This document shows, in pieces, positions 1 through 10,953 of a stretch of 64,000 nucleotides of DNA. The translations under genes and the position numbers were made by a program. How positions within the stretch are numbered: the stretch's first letter is position 1; every line of letters begins with the position of its first letter. This DNA comes from an uncultured Gammaproteobacteria bacterium (GTDB lineage: Bacteria; Patescibacteriota; Microgenomatia; Levybacterales; UBA12049): contig CAZCCG010000002.1 of the NCBI GenBank assembly GCA_964497535.1, positions 104,227 to 168,226 of the forward strand, in the 5' to 3' direction. Below the pieces are notes generated by a model. The model was not told the origin of the DNA, did not search any database, and saw only the letters and a list, made by a program, of their open reading frames with translations.

Positions 1-40
1 CAAGACAAAAAATCCCATACCACAGAGATAACCAATCCAT
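1..40 (-). CDS. 5' end of an ORF running off the left edge (MDWLSLWYGIFCL...)
   Basis: GGAGG Shine-Dalgarno 8 nt before ATG at 40; upstream TG-n-TATACT -10 and boxA-like GCTCTTTGA; only 13 codons visible. Confidence 0.35.
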   Translation of the reverse strand, partial: MDWLSLWYGIFCL

Positions 41-117
41 AGTACATACCTCCGTTGTGATGCTTTTCGTTGCTATCAAAGAGCCAATATCAAATTGTCA
101 AAATAAAGTATAACAAA

Positions 118-1755
118 TTATGGTCTTTTGTATATCGTTACTGGTGTAGCAGCAATCAGTCCGGACAAATAAATGTTCAATTCATTTCCCAGATAAAGTT
201 GGAGGGCATGTGTCCTGGGAAAGTAAGCAATTGATTTATATTTTTCATGTTCCAGCCTTTTTATAAGTTCTTTTGTGGATGATAATTTTAAATAATTACG
301 ATTAAGCAGCGTGTCGGATAGGATAACATACTTCGGTAATTTCTTTGTAGTTGCATCAATAATTTGATAGGAAAAATAAGTATGGTAGTTGCGATTTTCC
401 TGTTTGAGGTAGTAGTCTTTGAGAACAAAATCAGGAACAGAGTGATAAATAGGGGTATTTTCAATACCAATATACGACCCTTTGGGAATATTTTTAAGAA
501 CCCATTCGGAAGACACCTGCACCGGTGCTTTTGTATATTTGGCACTGAGAAAAAAATAGGAAACAATCATTTGAAGTAGACCACAAACTATGAAAAGTGC
601 ATACCATGTATATTTTGTTTTTGTGGAGATACTTTTCACCCGTTCAAAGAGAACTCCGATCAAAAGAGCCAAAAATGGCAAGACTACCAGAAGCCTATTG
701 CCTGTTGCTCCAAGACCTAAAGGAATTAGAGAGATACTATAAACTACCAGACTGATTATGATAAAGACAGCTGGTTTATTTTTCTCTCTTTTCAGAAATA
801 TCTCGCCCACTGTCAGATATGATCCGTATACAAGTGCCGCAGTTGCAAGCAAAAAGAATCCATACCCGAAAATTCTGGGAAATTGTATCCCTATGGTATA
901 AACCCACGTCGGAATAGAGCCAATAAGAAAGTTAGTATCTTTTTGACTGGCTGTGGAAATATTTGAGGATAGATATTGCTGGTAGTTACTGAAACGAAAA
1001 ATAATATCCGGAATCCCCGCAAAAATGGCAAGAAGAGAACAAAATACTATCCCGATCGCCAGTTGTTTGTACTTACGCGTGAAGTTGGGTGTAAAATAAA
1101 AAAAGGCAATACCATAGAGAAGTAATTGAGGAAGGGCTGCCACTTTTGTCGCAAATGCCAATGCGCAGGGAATTGCCGCAAGTAAAAAGTTTTTAAGGGT
1201 TGGTTTTTCTCCATATCGCAAAATAAAAAAGAGTGAAAGCAGTATCCAAAACGTCAGGGCAATATCATATTTGAAATAATTGCTCAGGACTATCCACAGC
1301 GGTGTAACCGTAAAGAAAAAAACAGATACGAAAGGAGTTATTTTGAGATATTTTCTCGCAATGATTGCAATCAGAAGAATTGATAATACACCAAATAATA
1401 ACGTATTCAGACGCAAAACAATAAATATCTTTTCCTGCATTTGCAAATTGTCCATTGACGAATGTACTGAGAACGGTTGTATAACTCCTAAGATTACAAA
1501 AGGAATTAGATAAATACCCGTCAGAAAAAATTGGAAAATAGAACCATTTGCTGCTCCGCTAACATTTGGAGTACCATGTTTAAATAAAGCGCGGACTGCC
1601 TGCAATTGATGCCACTCATCCATATGATAATTAAAAGGATGTGTCTCATTTGGTATTCCCCATCCAATAACGCTTATCATCGCAAAAATGTAAACGAAAA
1701 CTACTAACAGAACCACTTTATTTTCTTTTCCCCATTGAAGAATCCTTGCCCACAT
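118..1755 (-). CDS. GT-C fold (ArnT/PMT-like) membrane glycosyltransferase
   Basis: Many TM helices, first-loop HMDE acidic motif, K-Y-D and A-T-K motifs typical of polyprenyl-phosphate-sugar transferases; TATAAT shortly before ATG. Confidence 0.75.
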   Translation of the reverse strand: MWARILQWGKENKVVLLVVFVYIFAMISVIGWGIPNETHPFNYHMDEWHQLQAVRALFKHGTPNVSGAANGSIFQFFLTGIYLIPFVILGVIQPFSVHSSMDNLQMQEKIFIVLRLNTLLFGVLSILLIAIIARKYLKITPFVSVFFFTVTPLWIVLSNYFKYDIALTFWILLSLFFILRYGEKPTLKNFLLAAIPCALAFATKVAALPQLLLYGIAFFYFTPNFTRKYKQLAIGIVFCSLLAIFAGIPDIIFRFSNYQQYLSSNISTASQKDTNFLIGSIPTWVYTIGIQFPRIFGYGFFLLATAALVYGSYLTVGEIFLKREKNKPAVFIIISLVVYSISLIPLGLGATGNRLLVVLPFLALLIGVLFERVKSISTKTKYTWYALFIVCGLLQMIVSYFFLSAKYTKAPVQVSSEWVLKNIPKGSYIGIENTPIYHSVPDFVLKDYYLKQENRNYHTYFSYQIIDATTKKLPKYVILSDTLLNRNYLKLSSTKELIKRLEHEKYKSIAYFPRTHALQLYLGNELNIYLSGLIAATPVTIYKRP

Positions 1756-1874
1756 AGTGATGTTATTATAGCTGATTTTTCTTCCTGTTCTACCTTTTTC
1801 TACTTTCTTCTACTTTTTTCTACTTCCTAGGCATTGATTTATACTCGCCTCTTCACTAAAATAGGGAAACGTAT

Positions 1875-3140
1875 ATGAGTAAAAAAACAATTTCGGTTAT
1901 TGGTATTGGCCGAGTGGGTCTTCCGCTCGCGCTGATCCTTGCCGAGGAAGGATACAAAGTATACGGAATTGGTCGTAACGAAGCAAAAATTGAACTCCTC
2001 AAAAAAAAGAAACTTCCCTTTATCGAAAAAGGAATCACAGCATTTAAAAAATATATTAATGTGTCTTTTATCCCTACCACTTCGTATGAAGTACTTTCAA
2101 AATCTTCTGTAATTATCCTTACACTGGGTACTCCCATTGATGAAAATATGAATCCGGTCCTGGATCAAATCAATGCTGCGCTTGATGCAATGATACCCTA
2201 TTTACGAAAAAATCAATTAATACTTCTGAGAAGCACTGTATCACCCGGAACTACAGTATATGTCAAAGACAAGCTGGAAATGATGACAAAATTTAAAGTA
2301 GGTAAAAATTTATTCCTTGCATTTTGTCCGGAACGAATCGCTGAAGGACAGGCTCTCCGAGAATTACGGGAAATTCCCCAAATTGTTGGAGGAATCAATG
2401 AAGCATCCAGCAAACACGCCAGAGAGTTTTTTGAATCCTGGAATGTACCGGTTGAAGTTACTGATTCAACTTCTGCTGAACTTGCCAAGCTTTTTACCAA
2501 CATGTATCGATATATTTCTTTTGCGATTTCAAATGAATTTATGGTAATTGCGGAAAGTTTTAATAAAAATATTCATGAAATCGTCCAGCTGGTAAATAAA
2601 GGATATAAAAGAGGAGGACTCGCATTACCAGGTCTCACTGCCGGGCCATGTCTTTTTAAAGATGGCTTTTTTTTAATCAATGAGAATCCTTTTTTGGACC
2701 TCATTACCGCATCGTGGAAAATCAATGAGGCAGTACCACTTTTTTTGATCAAAAAACTTCGGGAAAGAGTTAAATTAAAAAATAAGAGAGTTGCCATACT
2801 TGGCCTTGCTTTCAAGCCGGAAATTGACGACATACGGGAATCTTTGAGTTTTAAAATACGAAAGGCACTACTTCGGGAACATGCCCAGGTACTGCTCCAT
2901 GACCCGTTCGTCAAAAATTATCCAGCCCAAACGGTCTTTAGCAACATTAAAGAAGTACTCAAAGATGTAGATGTTGTAATTATTGCCACCAATCATAATC
3001 AATATAAAAAAGAAAAGGCCAAGATATTATCTCTCCTGAATAACAAAGTCTATATCTGTGATATCTGGAATATATTCGGGATTAATAAATTGCTTTTTAC
3101 CGTAAATCAAATCAAAACACATACTACTCGTAAAAAATAA
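1875..3140 (+). CDS. Nucleotide-sugar dehydrogenase (UDP-Glc/GDP-Man dehydrogenase family, WecC/WbpA-like)
   Basis: GIGRVG Rossmann motif, RSTV, CPER, AGPCLFKD catalytic Cys, LGLAFKP..DDIRES. Confidence 0.9.
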   Translation: MSKKTISVIGIGRVGLPLALILAEEGYKVYGIGRNEAKIELLKKKKLPFIEKGITAFKKYINVSFIPTTSYEVLSKSSVIILTLGTPIDENMNPVLDQINAALDAMIPYLRKNQLILLRSTVSPGTTVYVKDKLEMMTKFKVGKNLFLAFCPERIAEGQALRELREIPQIVGGINEASSKHAREFFESWNVPVEVTDSTSAELAKLFTNMYRYISFAISNEFMVIAESFNKNIHEIVQLVNKGYKRGGLALPGLTAGPCLFKDGFFLINENPFLDLITASWKINEAVPLFLIKKLRERVKLKNKRVAILGLAFKPEIDDIRESLSFKIRKALLREHAQVLLHDPFVKNYPAQTVFSNIKEVLKDVDVVIIATNHNQYKKEKAKILSLLNNKVYICDIWNIFGINKLLFTVNQIKTHTTRKK

Positions 3141-3141
3141 T

Positions 3142-4161
3142 ATGAAAATTCTAGTTACCGGCTCAGCCGGCTTCATCGGAGGATACTTGGTTGAAGAATT
3201 ATTACGTCTTGGACATACGGTGGTCGGAATTGACAATTATTCAAAGTATGGGAAACTTGAAAAAAGTTATGATCACAACAAAAACTATATCTTTATACAA
3301 GGGGATGCTAAAAATACCGTGCTTTTGAAAAAAGCAATAAAAAATTGTGACTATGTCGTCGCATTAGCTGCAAAAATAGGAGGAATCAGTTACTTTCATT
3401 CCCTGGCATATGATTTACTGGCGGAAAATGAACGGATTATTGCGGCAACATTTGATGCCGCAATTGCGGCTTTTCAAAAAGATAAATTGAAAAAAATAGT
3501 AGTTATCTCATCAAGTATGGTTTTTGAATCCGCAGAGATATTCCCTACTCCTGAAAGCGCTATTGATACATGTCCGCCTCCGAAATCGACCTATGGATTC
3601 CAGAAATTAGCCTGTGAATATTTTGCCAAAGGAGCATACGAACAATATAGGCTCCCCTACACAATAGTCAGACCCTTTAATTGCGTAGGAATCGGAGAAA
3701 CCAGGGCAAAAATGGGAACTACGTTAAAAAGCGGCAATGTAAAATTAGCTCTGAGCCACGTTGTTCCTGATTTAGTACAAAAAATTCTCAAGGGTCAGTA
3801 TCCCCTTCATATCTTAGGATCAGGCAAACAAATTCGTCATTACACCTATGCCGGCGATATAGCCAAGGGAATTTGCACCGCGATGTTTTCAAAAAAAGCG
3901 CTCAACCAGGATTTTAACATCTCAACAGATGAATCTACTTCTGTCCTGGAGTTGGCAAAACATATTTGGAAAAAAACACAGCAAAAAAAAGTATTCCGTT
4001 TTGTGAGCGATACTCCTTTTACCTATGATGTGCAAAAAAGGATTCCCGATACTACCAAATCAAAGAAAATCCTCCAGTTTGAAGCAACCACACCGCTTGA
4101 TACTATGCTTGATGAAGTAATTCCCTGGATTGAGCAGGAAATGAAACTGGGGAAATTGTAA
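3142..4161 (+). CDS. NAD-dependent epimerase/dehydratase (extended SDR)
   Basis: TGSAGFIG, YGFQK (YxxxK), RPFN motifs. Confidence 0.9.
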   Translation: MKILVTGSAGFIGGYLVEELLRLGHTVVGIDNYSKYGKLEKSYDHNKNYIFIQGDAKNTVLLKKAIKNCDYVVALAAKIGGISYFHSLAYDLLAENERIIAATFDAAIAAFQKDKLKKIVVISSSMVFESAEIFPTPESAIDTCPPPKSTYGFQKLACEYFAKGAYEQYRLPYTIVRPFNCVGIGETRAKMGTTLKSGNVKLALSHVVPDLVQKILKGQYPLHILGSGKQIRHYTYAGDIAKGICTAMFSKKALNQDFNISTDESTSVLELAKHIWKKTQQKKVFRFVSDTPFTYDVQKRIPDTTKSKKILQFEATTPLDTMLDEVIPWIEQEMKLGKL

Positions 4162-4163
4162 GA

Positions 4164-6734
4164 ATGAAATTATCAATTATTGTACCTGTATTCCATGAAG
4201 AAAAAAATATTATCCAGGTTATAAAAAGAATCAATCACGATGTTGATACCTCTCATGAAATACTTATTATTTACGACAGCGTACTAGATCCGACCTATAT
4301 CGTCCTAAAAGATTATCTCCAGAAAAACCCAAAGAGCATCCGCCTCTTGCAGAGTGATCAGGGATCAAAAAAAGGAGTCATGAATGCCATAAAGACCGGT
4401 TTTGTCCATGCAAAAGGAAATGCCTGTGTAGTTCTGATGGCAGATCTTTCTGATGATATAACCCAAATAGATACTATGTATCATCTCTTCGAAAAAGGGT
4501 GGGATATTGTCTGCGCCTCACGGTATATGAAAGGCGGCAAGAAAATCGGCGGTCCTTTTATCAAGACTTTCCTTTCACGCATTGCAGGACTGACATTGCA
4601 TTATCTCTTTCGTATTCCTACTATGGACTCAACCAATGCTTTCAAACTCTACAACAGAAAGATTTTTGACGTAATAACACTGGAAAGTACCGGAGGGTTT
4701 GAATATTCCTTGGAAATAATACTAAAAGCACATAAAAAAGGATATAAAATTACTGAAATTCCGACAGTCTGGAAAGACCGGGAAGAAGGTACGTCAAACT
4801 TCAAAATGCTTGCCTGGCTTCCCCAATATGCAAAATGGTATTTTTATTCTTTTTCTCTACCATTTTTTAAAAAAATCTTTTCTTCAAATGTAGGGTTGGT
4901 TCTTATTAGCATGGTAGTGATTGTGTTAAAACTCAATGACATAGGGTTGGCATTGCGGGATAAAATAGTAATCAGCTCAAGCCTGGATTTTTCCTGGCAG
5001 GTCGATACAGTCCAACGGTTGCTGCACGGATATATCTTGGGAAAAGATTTTGTCTTTACCTATGGCCCCCTCTTTCAATTTCTTATCTCACTTCCTTCTC
5101 TGTTGCTGCATGTTCCTTCATACCTCTCCGTTGCGTTGTTCCCTGCAACAGGAATGGTAATAACCGGTATTTTGCTTACAATAGTAGTCAGACTGCTGTT
5201 GCCGAAAGACTCTGAACAGGTGATTCTTTTTGCCTATCTCCTTTTTGTTATTGGCATTGCATCTTTGGAACAGCTTATTGCAATTCGAATTCTTCTTCCT
5301 ATGGTCTATGCACTTATCTGGACAAAATATCTCATCTTTGATAAACCAACACTTAAAAAACACATAGGTATTGCACTACTGCCCAGTATCTTTGGGCTGT
5401 TTACCTATGATCTTTTTCTCTCATGTTTATTCATTACCATACTTCTTGCTTTTGGTTTTGTTCTTTATTCCAAAGACAAAAAACAAAAATTAAAATCTTT
5501 TTCTCTCTCAATTGTGCTGATACTCATGGCCCAGCTGCTCACCAGTCTTTTGCTGACAAATAATGGAGACTATATTCAGTATGCTGTTACCACGCTGCAT
5601 GATTACTATTATGTGATGAATATCCCCTGGCAATATGATCGTGATAATATACTTTTTATATTTCCCTGTATTCTTCTCCTGCTCATTCCGTACATAATTA
5701 CAATCAAAAATCTTTCAAACCACTTAAAAATATTGCTTATTGTTCTGACTATTGCGTCACTTCTTGAGATAAAAAGTGCGTTCATTCGTCCGGATGCGGG
5801 TCATATTATAAAAGCAGTATATCCCAGTATCATTATGGTTTTTTTAGTCCTGTATTTTGTCGCGCGTAATAAAAAAGGACTTATAATGCTAGGAATTCTT
5901 CTCTATATGCTAATTCCCTACAAACCGGTCTATTACAATACACTTGCCCCAAAAAATATTATTAATCTTTTGCATATTATACAAACCAAACCATCTTTTT
6001 TTTCTCTCTATAAGATGCCACCGGGCTATTACTATTCTGAGCAGGATTTTAAGACTTTTTCCTACCTTACTTCTGCCAATAGAAATAACATATGGATCTA
6101 TCCCTATGATAACTACATTGCCAATATTCAAAATAGCACGTATAACTCATTTGCTCTTCAATTGTATGATTATTCAAATTCATCAATAGAACAACAAACA
6201 GTCACACGGCTTGGGCAAAACCCGCCCGGCTATATTATCTTCGGCATTGATACAAAAGGAGCTTTGAATTTGGATGATATTCCAAATCTCACCCGTAATC
6301 CCCTTGTTTTTGCTTGGATTCTCAAAAATTATTCTGTTATGCAAACCAAACCTCATTATCTGATTTTGAAATATAATCCGGAAAAGAAAACCGCTGTAGA
6401 TAATACATCATGTAATCTATATAAGCTGGTTGTTGATTTAACTCCTGTTAACCCTTTTGAAAAAATATTCTCAAGTTTTGTGAAACCGTCTATTTATCTA
6501 ACAGGAGATCACAAACTCAGGTTACCCTATACTTCTTCGGCCAACTCATATAGTATCTTTACCGGATATAGAGATTCAAAAAAATTACAGCAACTTTTTG
6601 AAAATTCTATCAATTGGAATAACACAAAGGAAACCAATCAACAAGTAGGTATAAACAAACAAAATCCTTTTACTCACCACATTACTCTACTTGATTCATC
6701 GAAATTAAACACTGCTGTTATTTGTCTCAATTAA
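4164..6734 (+). CDS. DPM1-like GT2 polyprenol-phosphate glycosyltransferase fused to a large multi-TM domain
   Basis: N-terminal LSIIVPVFHE, MADLSD (DxD), ASRY, DSTNAFKLY, EIPTVWKDR; remainder is multi-pass hydrophobic with an FTYGP motif. Confidence 0.8.
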   Translation: MKLSIIVPVFHEEKNIIQVIKRINHDVDTSHEILIIYDSVLDPTYIVLKDYLQKNPKSIRLLQSDQGSKKGVMNAIKTGFVHAKGNACVVLMADLSDDITQIDTMYHLFEKGWDIVCASRYMKGGKKIGGPFIKTFLSRIAGLTLHYLFRIPTMDSTNAFKLYNRKIFDVITLESTGGFEYSLEIILKAHKKGYKITEIPTVWKDREEGTSNFKMLAWLPQYAKWYFYSFSLPFFKKIFSSNVGLVLISMVVIVLKLNDIGLALRDKIVISSSLDFSWQVDTVQRLLHGYILGKDFVFTYGPLFQFLISLPSLLLHVPSYLSVALFPATGMVITGILLTIVVRLLLPKDSEQVILFAYLLFVIGIASLEQLIAIRILLPMVYALIWTKYLIFDKPTLKKHIGIALLPSIFGLFTYDLFLSCLFITILLAFGFVLYSKDKKQKLKSFSLSIVLILMAQLLTSLLLTNNGDYIQYAVTTLHDYYYVMNIPWQYDRDNILFIFPCILLLLIPYIITIKNLSNHLKILLIVLTIASLLEIKSAFIRPDAGHIIKAVYPSIIMVFLVLYFVARNKKGLIMLGILLYMLIPYKPVYYNTLAPKNIINLLHIIQTKPSFFSLYKMPPGYYYSEQDFKTFSYLTSANRNNIWIYPYDNYIANIQNSTYNSFALQLYDYSNSSIEQQTVTRLGQNPPGYIIFGIDTKGALNLDDIPNLTRNPLVFAWILKNYSVMQTKPHYLILKYNPEKKTAVDNTSCNLYKLVVDLTPVNPFEKIFSSFVKPSIYLTGDHKLRLPYTSSANSYSIFTGYRDSKKLQQLFENSINWNNTKETNQQVGINKQNPFTHHITLLDSSKLNTAVICLN

Positions 6735-6736
6735 CT

Positions 6737-8002
6737 ATGAATCATTTCCAAACAATCGGAGAATATAGAAGCTATACCGGATGCCGCTTTTGCGAAAGTA
6801 AGCGCATAGTACCGGTTATTGATCTGGGACTCATGCCGCTGGCAGGAGGATTTCTCAAAAACAAAAATGAATTTGAGAAAGAAAAACTCTATCCGCTCGA
6901 GCTTCTCTTTTGTAAAGATTGCTTTTTACTCCAAACCAAACAGGTAATACAAAGCGATATATTATTTAAAAACTACTTTTATTTTTCTTCTTCCATTCAT
7001 ACGCTGGTCGAACATTTTCGAAAGCTCGCCAAAGAGCTGGGTCAAGCATATGCTTCTAAAGGAAAAAAGATAGTGGTGGAAATCGGATGTAATGACGGAA
7101 GTTTTCTCAAAGCCTGCGAAAACAATGGTTTTGTGCCGATTGGTGTGGACCCTGCTACCAATGTAGTTATGCCGCTCATCAAAAATGGTATGAATATCTT
7201 CAATGAATATTTCAACCAGCATTCGGCAACGAAGATTATTAAAAACTTCGGTAAAGCAGACATTATTTTTAGCTCAAATACTCTTGCCCATATCGAAGAT
7301 ATGCATGAGGTACTACGAGGAATCAAAAAAGTATTACAACCCCAAGGTTTGTTTATTTTTGAAGTGCATTATTTGGCAAAACTATTAAAAGACCTCCATT
7401 ATGACATGATCTATCACGAACACCAGTATTATTACTCTGTTCTTACCCTGCAACAGTTTCTGGATCAATTTGATATGGAAATCTGTGACGTCAAAGACAT
7501 TCCGATCCATGGAGGTTCTATACAAGTATGGGCACAGCACAAAAGTGAAGGAACACACAAAATCTCCCCTTCTGTCAAAAGATTCATCCGACAGGAACAG
7601 AAATTAGGATTGGACAAAGTCCAGACATTCAAGAAATTTTATAAAGAGATTGATACTACCAGAAAGAGCCTCCTTCGTTTACTTACAAGGCTTAGGAAGC
7701 AACAGAAAACTATTGCCGGATACGGCGCATCAGGGCGAGCGACAATCATTACTAATTTTTGTGGAATTGACTCAAGGCTTCTTGATTATATTATGGATGA
7801 TTCTCCGGCTCGCCAAAATATATATATGCCAGGAGTTCATATACAGACTTATTCTTCTTCAATTTTGGAAAGCAAACAGCCCCCGGCTTATACCCTTCTC
7901 TTTGCCTGGGCATTTATCGACGAGATCAAAAAAAGACATAGAAAGTATGAGAAAAGAGGAGGAAGATTTATTGTCCCGCTCCCAACAGTAAAAATTGTAT
8001 GA
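6737..8002 (+). CDS. NDP-hexose C-methyltransferase (Zn-binding class I SAM methyltransferase)
   Basis: CRFC...CKDC Zn site, VVEIGCNDG, YHEHQYY, GYGASGRA motifs of the TcaB9/EryBIII-like family; ATG at 6737 preferred to TTG at 6722. Confidence 0.85.
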   Translation: MNHFQTIGEYRSYTGCRFCESKRIVPVIDLGLMPLAGGFLKNKNEFEKEKLYPLELLFCKDCFLLQTKQVIQSDILFKNYFYFSSSIHTLVEHFRKLAKELGQAYASKGKKIVVEIGCNDGSFLKACENNGFVPIGVDPATNVVMPLIKNGMNIFNEYFNQHSATKIIKNFGKADIIFSSNTLAHIEDMHEVLRGIKKVLQPQGLFIFEVHYLAKLLKDLHYDMIYHEHQYYYSVLTLQQFLDQFDMEICDVKDIPIHGGSIQVWAQHKSEGTHKISPSVKRFIRQEQKLGLDKVQTFKKFYKEIDTTRKSLLRLLTRLRKQQKTIAGYGASGRATIITNFCGIDSRLLDYIMDDSPARQNIYMPGVHIQTYSSSILESKQPPAYTLLFAWAFIDEIKKRHRKYEKRGGRFIVPLPTVKIV

Positions 8003-8868
8003 AAAAACATCCTACTATTTTGATTTTGGGAACCCGGGGAATGCTGGGACATACATTGTTTTCTTATTTTTCTTCTGTGTATCCAAAAACTACCTGGGGA
8101 ACCCAACGTAAAAAATCTTCCAACCCGTATCTACTACCTCTTTCTGTTGAAGGCTATGAAACGGATTTCAAAAAAATATTCAGAAGGGTAAAAAAGGTTG
8201 ATTATGTCATCAACGCAATTGTGATCAACCAAAAAGATGCAGCTATTCAAGATATCATCCGGGCTAACTCAATCTTCCCTCACCAACTGGAGACACTGGG
8301 CAAAAAGTATGGTTTTAAGCTCATCCACGTGTCAACGGACGCGGTATTCTCAGAACGGGCGGGCAAAGTAAATGAAAACACTCCGATCTCCCCTACAACG
8401 TTCTATGGTGCAAGTAAATTGCTCGGAGAAACGTCTGAGCCAAACGCCATAACCATCCGAACCTCACTGATTGGCCGAAGTCCCTATAAAAAAGAAGGGC
8501 TATTGGAACGGACAACAGGCCAAAAGACAGTAACTGCTTCTCCCAATCAACGCTGGGCAGGAGCTACAACACTTCAATTTACCACGTTTTGTAATTATCT
8601 ATGTAATGAAAAAGTATTTAAAAAACTACGCATTAAATCCACCGTGTTTCACTTTGCACCTTTGGGACCGACCAATAAGTATCACTTATTAAAGACCTAT
8701 CTTTCCTTGATTCATTCATCTTGCAAAGTACAAAAAACTACTCTTCCAAAAATGACCCGTCAATTGGCAACTCTTTACTCCCAGTTGCTTTTGAACAAAT
8801 ATTATCTCAATAATATTGAAAAGGCTCTTGAAGAATTACTCCTGTTTGAAGATAAAGCGGCTAACTAG
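7999..8868 (+). CDS. RmlD-like sugar nucleotide reductase
   Basis: LGTRGMLG, HVSTDAVF, YGASKLLGE, IRTSLIG. Confidence 0.8.
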   Translation: MKKHPTILILGTRGMLGHTLFSYFSSVYPKTTWGTQRKKSSNPYLLPLSVEGYETDFKKIFRRVKKVDYVINAIVINQKDAAIQDIIRANSIFPHQLETLGKKYGFKLIHVSTDAVFSERAGKVNENTPISPTTFYGASKLLGETSEPNAITIRTSLIGRSPYKKEGLLERTTGQKTVTASPNQRWAGATTLQFTTFCNYLCNEKVFKKLRIKSTVFHFAPLGPTNKYHLLKTYLSLIHSSCKVQKTTLPKMTRQLATLYSQLLLNKYYLNNIEKALEELLLFEDKAAN

Positions 8869-9905
8869 TGTTTGAGGAGCTCCTCCTGGATTTCGGGGAG
8901 TGCTAACAAAAGCTTTGTTGTTTGTTTTTGATTTAACTGTTTGGTATTGGCCGAAGTATACGCATCCATTTTTGCAGCATCTGTCTTTTTCCAATGAAAC
9001 AGGTATTTATTGTAATCCAACCCCTGTGATTCAGAACGGATTCTATAATAGTTCCCATGTTCACTTGAACGTATCAGTTCCTCCTGAGCAATCAATGTCT
9101 CATGAACTTTTTCGCCTGCCCGTATACCCACTATTTCATATCCTTTGGAGTAATCAAATATTTCGCATACTGACCGTGCCAAAGTCTCCATTGTGCATGC
9201 AGGAGATTTACGAACATAGGTGCAGCCATTCTCCCCATAGATGAGGGTGTATAAGACCAGGTCTACGGCATCTTTGAGGGGAAGTAAAAACCGGGTCATA
9301 TCAGGATTGGTCACGGGAAGCTTTTTATTCTTGTGAATATGTTTTACAAAGTAAGGGATTACAGAACCTCTGGTGTACAGGACATTTCCATACCGTACTG
9401 TACAAAAGATAGTTTTTCCCTGATCCAGTAAGTTTTTGGATTCGGCAATAAATATTTTTTCCATCAATGCTTTTGACATCCCCATCGCATTAATGGGATA
9501 CACTGCTTTATCTGTGGAGAGTGCTACCACCTTTTGTACCTTGTGTTCTATTGCAGCGCTTACTACATTGTAAGCTCCCAGGATATTGGTCTTAACGGCT
9601 TCCATAGGATAAAATTCACAGTTGGGTACTTGCTTGAGTGCCGCCGCATGAAAAACATAGTCCACTCCTGACATCACACGGCTCAAACTTTCCTTGTCCC
9701 TAACATCTCCAATAACAAAGATAAGAATAGGATTATCAAATTCATTACGCATATCAAATTGTTTTTTTTCATCCCTGCTGAAAATGATAATTCTCTTTGG
9801 TTTACAATCCAAAAGGGCACCTACCACATAATGTCCAAAGGAACCGGTACCGCCGGTGATAAGAATTGTTTTGTTTTTTATAGCTTGCTTGTATACTCGT
9901 TTCAT
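8865..9905 (-). CDS. UDP-GlcNAc 4,6-dehydratase/epimerase (FnlA/CapE/WbjB-like)
   Basis: TGGTGSFG, SRDEKKQ, HAAALKQVP.CE, STDKAVYPINAMGMSK, RYGNV; start placed at ATG 9905 downstream of TATAAT. Confidence 0.9.
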   Translation of the reverse strand: MKRVYKQAIKNKTILITGGTGSFGHYVVGALLDCKPKRIIIFSRDEKKQFDMRNEFDNPILIFVIGDVRDKESLSRVMSGVDYVFHAAALKQVPNCEFYPMEAVKTNILGAYNVVSAAIEHKVQKVVALSTDKAVYPINAMGMSKALMEKIFIAESKNLLDQGKTIFCTVRYGNVLYTRGSVIPYFVKHIHKNKKLPVTNPDMTRFLLPLKDAVDLVLYTLIYGENGCTYVRKSPACTMETLARSVCEIFDYSKGYEIVGIRAGEKVHETLIAQEELIRSSEHGNYYRIRSESQGLDYNKYLFHWKKTDAAKMDAYTSANTKQLNQKQTTKLLLALPEIQEELLKH

Positions 9906-9984
9906 AGAAGAGATGTGTATTATACAAAAAAAAGAAAGCACTAAGAACTACCTGAGAAAGACTTAACTATATCAAATCATGTCA

Positions 9985-10953
9985 TTATTGTCTGAATAAC
10001 CCTTCTGTAGTTCCCAAAAGCACTGCAAAGTCAGAGGTAAACTGAAAAAGGGGTAAATACCACAGTGCCGAAAGATGGTTGACATACCGGTAATTCTTTC
10101 CGATTGCCCAGAGACAATAAAAAATGAAAAAAAATAGTAAAAGTCCTATAAGAATATAATTCCCTGAAGTAAGAGCAATCACCAGAAGAATTCCTACCGA
10201 GAGATAGCGGGCAAAGATCAAAAATACCTTGGGTCTCCATAGCTTCGCTTGGGCATCGCCGAGGGCGAACCGGTAGAACATGGTATAGGCAGAAGTAAGA
10301 TTATCAGGTGGAATCCAGTATACTATAGCACTTTTTTCAAAGATAATTTTGTAGTTTTCGCTCTTCATTTTGTGGGCAAAAACATAGTCCTCATTATGAG
10401 AGAACTGCTCAGGAAACCCTCCGATTTTTTTCCATACGCTCTTTCGAAATGCCATAGAACGGGATGCGGGGAGAAAATTATCAGGAGTAACGTTGTCTTC
10501 CATAACCAAAACATAGGGGATAAGTGCCCGTTCAAAAAAAGTGTTCGAATAGCCACGATAATAGCCTGCAACTACTTCTGTCTTTGGATCTAAAAAGTGC
10601 TCATATATTTTCTCGATCCACTGAGAGTCCAGGCTACATCCGGCATCGGTAATAAAGATAACGTCCCCGCTGGATTTCCTAATCCCCTCATTTCTTCCTA
10701 CCGAACGATTCCCTCTTTTTTGCAAAATCTTTATAGGACTATTATCAGTCTTCTGTTGGTTGTGCTTAGTAGTATGATTTCTCTCTCTTAGATACTGAGT
10801 AATAACACCCATTGTATTATCGGCAGAACCTCCATCCACCAAAACAATTTCATCGGGATGACGCGTCTGCTGATCTATCGATTCCAACAATTTACCTATA
10901 GTATTTTCTTCGTTAAGGACTGTTATTACCAAAGATGTTCTTATTCTCGCCAT
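9985..10953 (-). CDS. GT2 family glycosyltransferase with C-terminal TM helices
   Basis: SLVITVLNE, VDGGSAD, TDAG (DxD-like), GGF..NED. Confidence 0.85.
   Translation of the reverse strand: MARIRTSLVITVLNEENTIGKLLESIDQQTRHPDEIVLVDGGSADNTMGVITQYLRERNHTTKHNQQKTDNSPIKILQKRGNRSVGRNEGIRKSSGDVIFITDAGCSLDSQWIEKIYEHFLDPKTEVVAGYYRGYSNTFFERALIPYVLVMEDNVTPDNFLPASRSMAFRKSVWKKIGGFPEQFSHNEDYVFAHKMKSENYKIIFEKSAIVYWIPPDNLTSAYTMFYRFALGDAQAKLWRPKVFLIFARYLSVGILLVIALTSGNYILIGLLLFFFIFYCLWAIGKNYRYVNHLSALWYLPLFQFTSDFAVLLGTTEGLFRQ

Noticed and set aside
1786-1828. Short period-10 pyrimidine tract (similar tracts near 46272 and 63540)
   Set aside because: Low-complexity intergenic sequence with no supportable function
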